Positions 61,001 to 64,000 of a stretch of 64,000 nucleotides of DNA are shown here, one piece after another. The notes under the pieces are model-generated. The model had not been told where the DNA came from, searched no databases, and was given only the letters and a program-made list of their open reading frames with translations. This DNA is from Azolla caroliniana. Lineage: Eukaryota; Plantae; Polypodiophyta. Both the position numbers and the translations under genes were made by a program. Numbering within the stretch: the stretch's first letter is position 1; the number at the start of each line of letters is the position of its first letter. The stretch is from NCBI GenBank assembly GCA_043228905.1, contig JBHGNT010000007.1:15376001-15440000 (forward strand), in the 5' to 3' direction.

Positions 61001-63585
61001 TACTCACCGTCTCATCATCCGATTGGTTGGACTGATCCAGTCTCTCATTCGGTCGGCTTAACCAGAATGATTCCGGACTCTCATCTTGAGTCCCGGCTTC
61101 AACTTTCTCTACCTGGGCCGGTTCAGGCTCACTAGCCCCATCCTCCAACATCGGGTCGGGATCGGAAGTCGGAGTTGGTAAGGAATACCACGATGCCGAT
61201 TCATCAAACTCGACATCTCGGCTGACTCGGACCTGCTTCGTCCGAGGGTTATAACACTTATACCCCTTTTGCTCTTGAGCATACCCGACTAGGATGCATT
61301 TTTCCGATTTTGCATCCAGCTTTCTCCGCTTCTCATCTGGCACATGTACATAGGCTATGCTGCCGAATATCCGGAGGTGTCTCAAATTCGGCTTGCGCCC
61401 GAAATACAGCTCGTGAGCTAACACCTTGTCCCCGATCCGGTTCTGGATGTAAACGGTCGTTTGGACCGCCTCCGCCCAGTAGAACTTGGGCATGCTCTTT
61501 TCCTCCAGCATTGCCCTAGCCGCATCAATCAGCGACCGATTCTTCCTTTCGGCCACACCGTTCTGTTGCGGTGTGTATCTGCAGTTGAATTCTCGCCGAA
61601 TTCCTTTTTGTTGCAGATAGTTGTTGAATTGGCCGGAAAAGTACTCTTTTCTGCCATCCGACCGTAGGCATTTGATCTTCCTCTTTGATTCCCGTTCCAC
61701 CATCTTCTGGAGGCTCCGGAAACACTTGAAGACTTCGCTCTTCCGCTCAATGAGGTAGATCCACATATGCCGCGTGTAGTCGTCGATGAAGGAGACGAAA
61801 TATCGACTCCCGCCAATGCTAACATTTTGTGCCAGTCCCCACACATCCGAATGGATAAGATCGAGCTTGTTACGGCTTCGATTTCTTTCGGTGGGGAATG
61901 GAAGCCGGTGTTGCTTCCCGAGTTGGCAGGCTTCACAAATCTGGGCTCCCCGGCCGCTAAACTTCGGCAAACTGAAAACGACTTGTTCCGTTTGCAGGTC
62001 GTGAAGCCTCCGGTAGTTGACGTGGCTGATCCGCTTGTGCCACAGGTCGATATCCGACTCGACCTTCTGTCCTTTGGCGAACAATGCAGTGCCAACATCA
62101 TTGGTGTTGAGGATAAACATCCTCCCATCTCTGCACCCTTGCGCAATAACTTCGCCCTCATCCTCAATGAAGCACCCGAGGTGTATAAACCGCACCTGCA
62201 TCCCCTGGTCGACGATCTGTCCGACCGACACCAGGTTCTTCGTGATCGTCGGAACATGTAATACATTCATCAGCTTCCCCCTCTGTCCGACATGGCTCAA
62301 AGGGACTTCTCCAACGTGCACGATCGAGTGGGGAGTGTCGTCTCCGGTTTCGACAACGCCCGGTTGATGCAGCTTCTCCAAAAAGGAGAACCACTCCCCG
62401 TGGCTTGTCATGTGGTTCGATGCGCCGGAGTCAACGTACCACACTTCCTTCGATTTAGAAGTGGTCTTCTTCATTGAGTTTACCTTGTGCTTCATCACCA
62501 AGGCTGGCCCCTTACCGTTCTTCGATCCTCCCGATCCGTTTGCGTAGTGCGAGCTTTGTCGGCCTTCCTTACCGGTCTTGCCGGATCCGGATGTGTTTGA
62601 ATCGGCACGCTTTTTCCAGCACTCGCTTTCCCTGTGGCCCTTTTGGCCACAATACTAGCATTCCGTAGCAGATTTGTCTTGCCGGCCTCCGGCACGACCT
62701 TGACTCCCTCTGCTTGTGGAAGTCCTGGAACTGCTGTCGGCACACTCATTGTGCCTTCGTTCCTGCTCTTGTCGGTCGCCTCCATTGCGTGCCGACCTGC
62801 CGAGTCTACCACGCCCGCGGGACCGATCCACTCCCGTGTACAGCATCCGGTTGTCTGGGGATGCACTGGTAGATGCACCGGCGTGGTTCTCCTCTACCAA
62901 GAGCATCGACTGTAAGTCGAAAAATGAGCGCGTATTCTCCCTTGTACAAACCGCAATCCGGAAAGCTCCGAACTTGGACGACAAGCCTCCAAGACAGACA
63001 TGCACCATCTCGTCTTCCTCTACGGTGACATTAATAGAGGCAAGCGAGTCACAGATCCCTTTGATCCAGGCTGTGTAATCTGCCACCGACATGTTCTTCT
63101 GTCGAACATTGCTCAACTCCTGTCTGAGTTGCAGCTTCCGGGCAGTGGTGCTTGCGGCGAAAACCTTTTTCAAGTTTCCCCAAGCATCCTTCGGTGTCTT
63201 GGCGTCACGGATATGGCTGAGCAGCTGGTCACCGACACTAGACGCGAAGCAGTACTTCACCCTGGTTGCCACCTGTTCCCACACTGGGAAGTTCTTCTGT
63301 GTCGTCTCCGGTGCAGAGTCGTTCACTCCGTCGACATAACTCCAGTAGCCATGCCCAAGCAGGTACTGGTGCATCTTGTATGACCAAGATGCGTAGTTGG
63401 TTCTATCGAGCTTCTCCACCAGGAGCGACGTAGCCATACCTCAGTCCATTTCTCCTTTTGTGTCTGCTTTCCGATCTGTTAGGGTTTCCTTCACAAACGT
63501 AGATGTCTGCAGCAGAGGTTCTCAACCCACGCGCTCTGATACCATGTAAAAGATTGCTTGCGGAAGCGTTAGAAAGAACAATACA

Positions 63586-63636
<51 letters not shown>

Positions 63637-63647
63637 GGAGAGAGCGG

Positions 63648-63678
<31 letters not shown>

Positions 63679-64000
63679 GAAGACACACTATTTTCCAAAA
63701 TTATATGAATACTCTATGCTCTCTATCTACAACGCGCTCATCAGCGCTATTTATACAAGTCCACACGGGACTGTTAGAAGTATGGTGTACTTCAATGCTC
63801 ACATGAGCATCTGACACTAACTACGAGACTATAACTGCCTAGTAGTCTAACCTATACTAGGCTTCTGGTTACGGATTGGATCCGGCATACCGGCTCCCCA
63901 GCTCACCGGTCCTTACTGCTTACCGGCTCGGTTGCTCACCGGCATACCGATTCATCTCGCTTACCGGCTCGGGCTTATTCAGCCGATCCGGCTCCGGTTG
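58060..64000 (-). mobile_element. Near full-length Ty1/copia element G (few stops), 5' LTR runs off the right edge
   Basis: 3' LTR 58060-58497; PPT TTGAGGGGGAG at 58498-58508. 5' LTR from 63545; PBS TGGTATCAGAGC at 63533-63544. ORFs 62655-63437 (gag), 60738-62501 (PR/IN), 59355-60737 (RT/RNase H) and 58492-59352. Confidence 0.96.

Overview
Plant-type repeat-dominated DNA with no recognisable host gene. The element mix suggests a non-seed land plant such as a fern, lycophyte or bryophyte (inference). The window is a nest of transposons. (1) A LINE RT fragment at 1-1437. (2) Six Ty1/copia copies or fragments plus a solo copia-type LTR, including a young element at 14100-19390 with an open gag-pol and a perfect TSD. 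(3) Ty3/gypsy A (9510-32295, minus strand, tRNA-Trp PBS), which hosts the young copia and gypsy B (20355-30342). (4) A partial gypsy-like element C starting at about 32992. (5) Two copies of an intron-containing Sola2-like DNA transposon (4452-6659 and 45136-~56285) that carries a second, convergent gene with a coiled coil and a RING-H2 finger. Two signals stand out. First, in elements B and C the position of the polypurine tract is occupied by a conserved tRNA-Arg 3'-half-like sequence ending in CCA, with a covarying mini-hairpin; this suggests tRNA-primed or tRNA-mimic-primed second-strand synthesis. Second, the two-gene Sola2-like element has introns filled with AGTACT-rich tandem arrays, an architecture recalling VANDAL anti-silencing elements. 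All coordinates were read by eye and no database searches were run.
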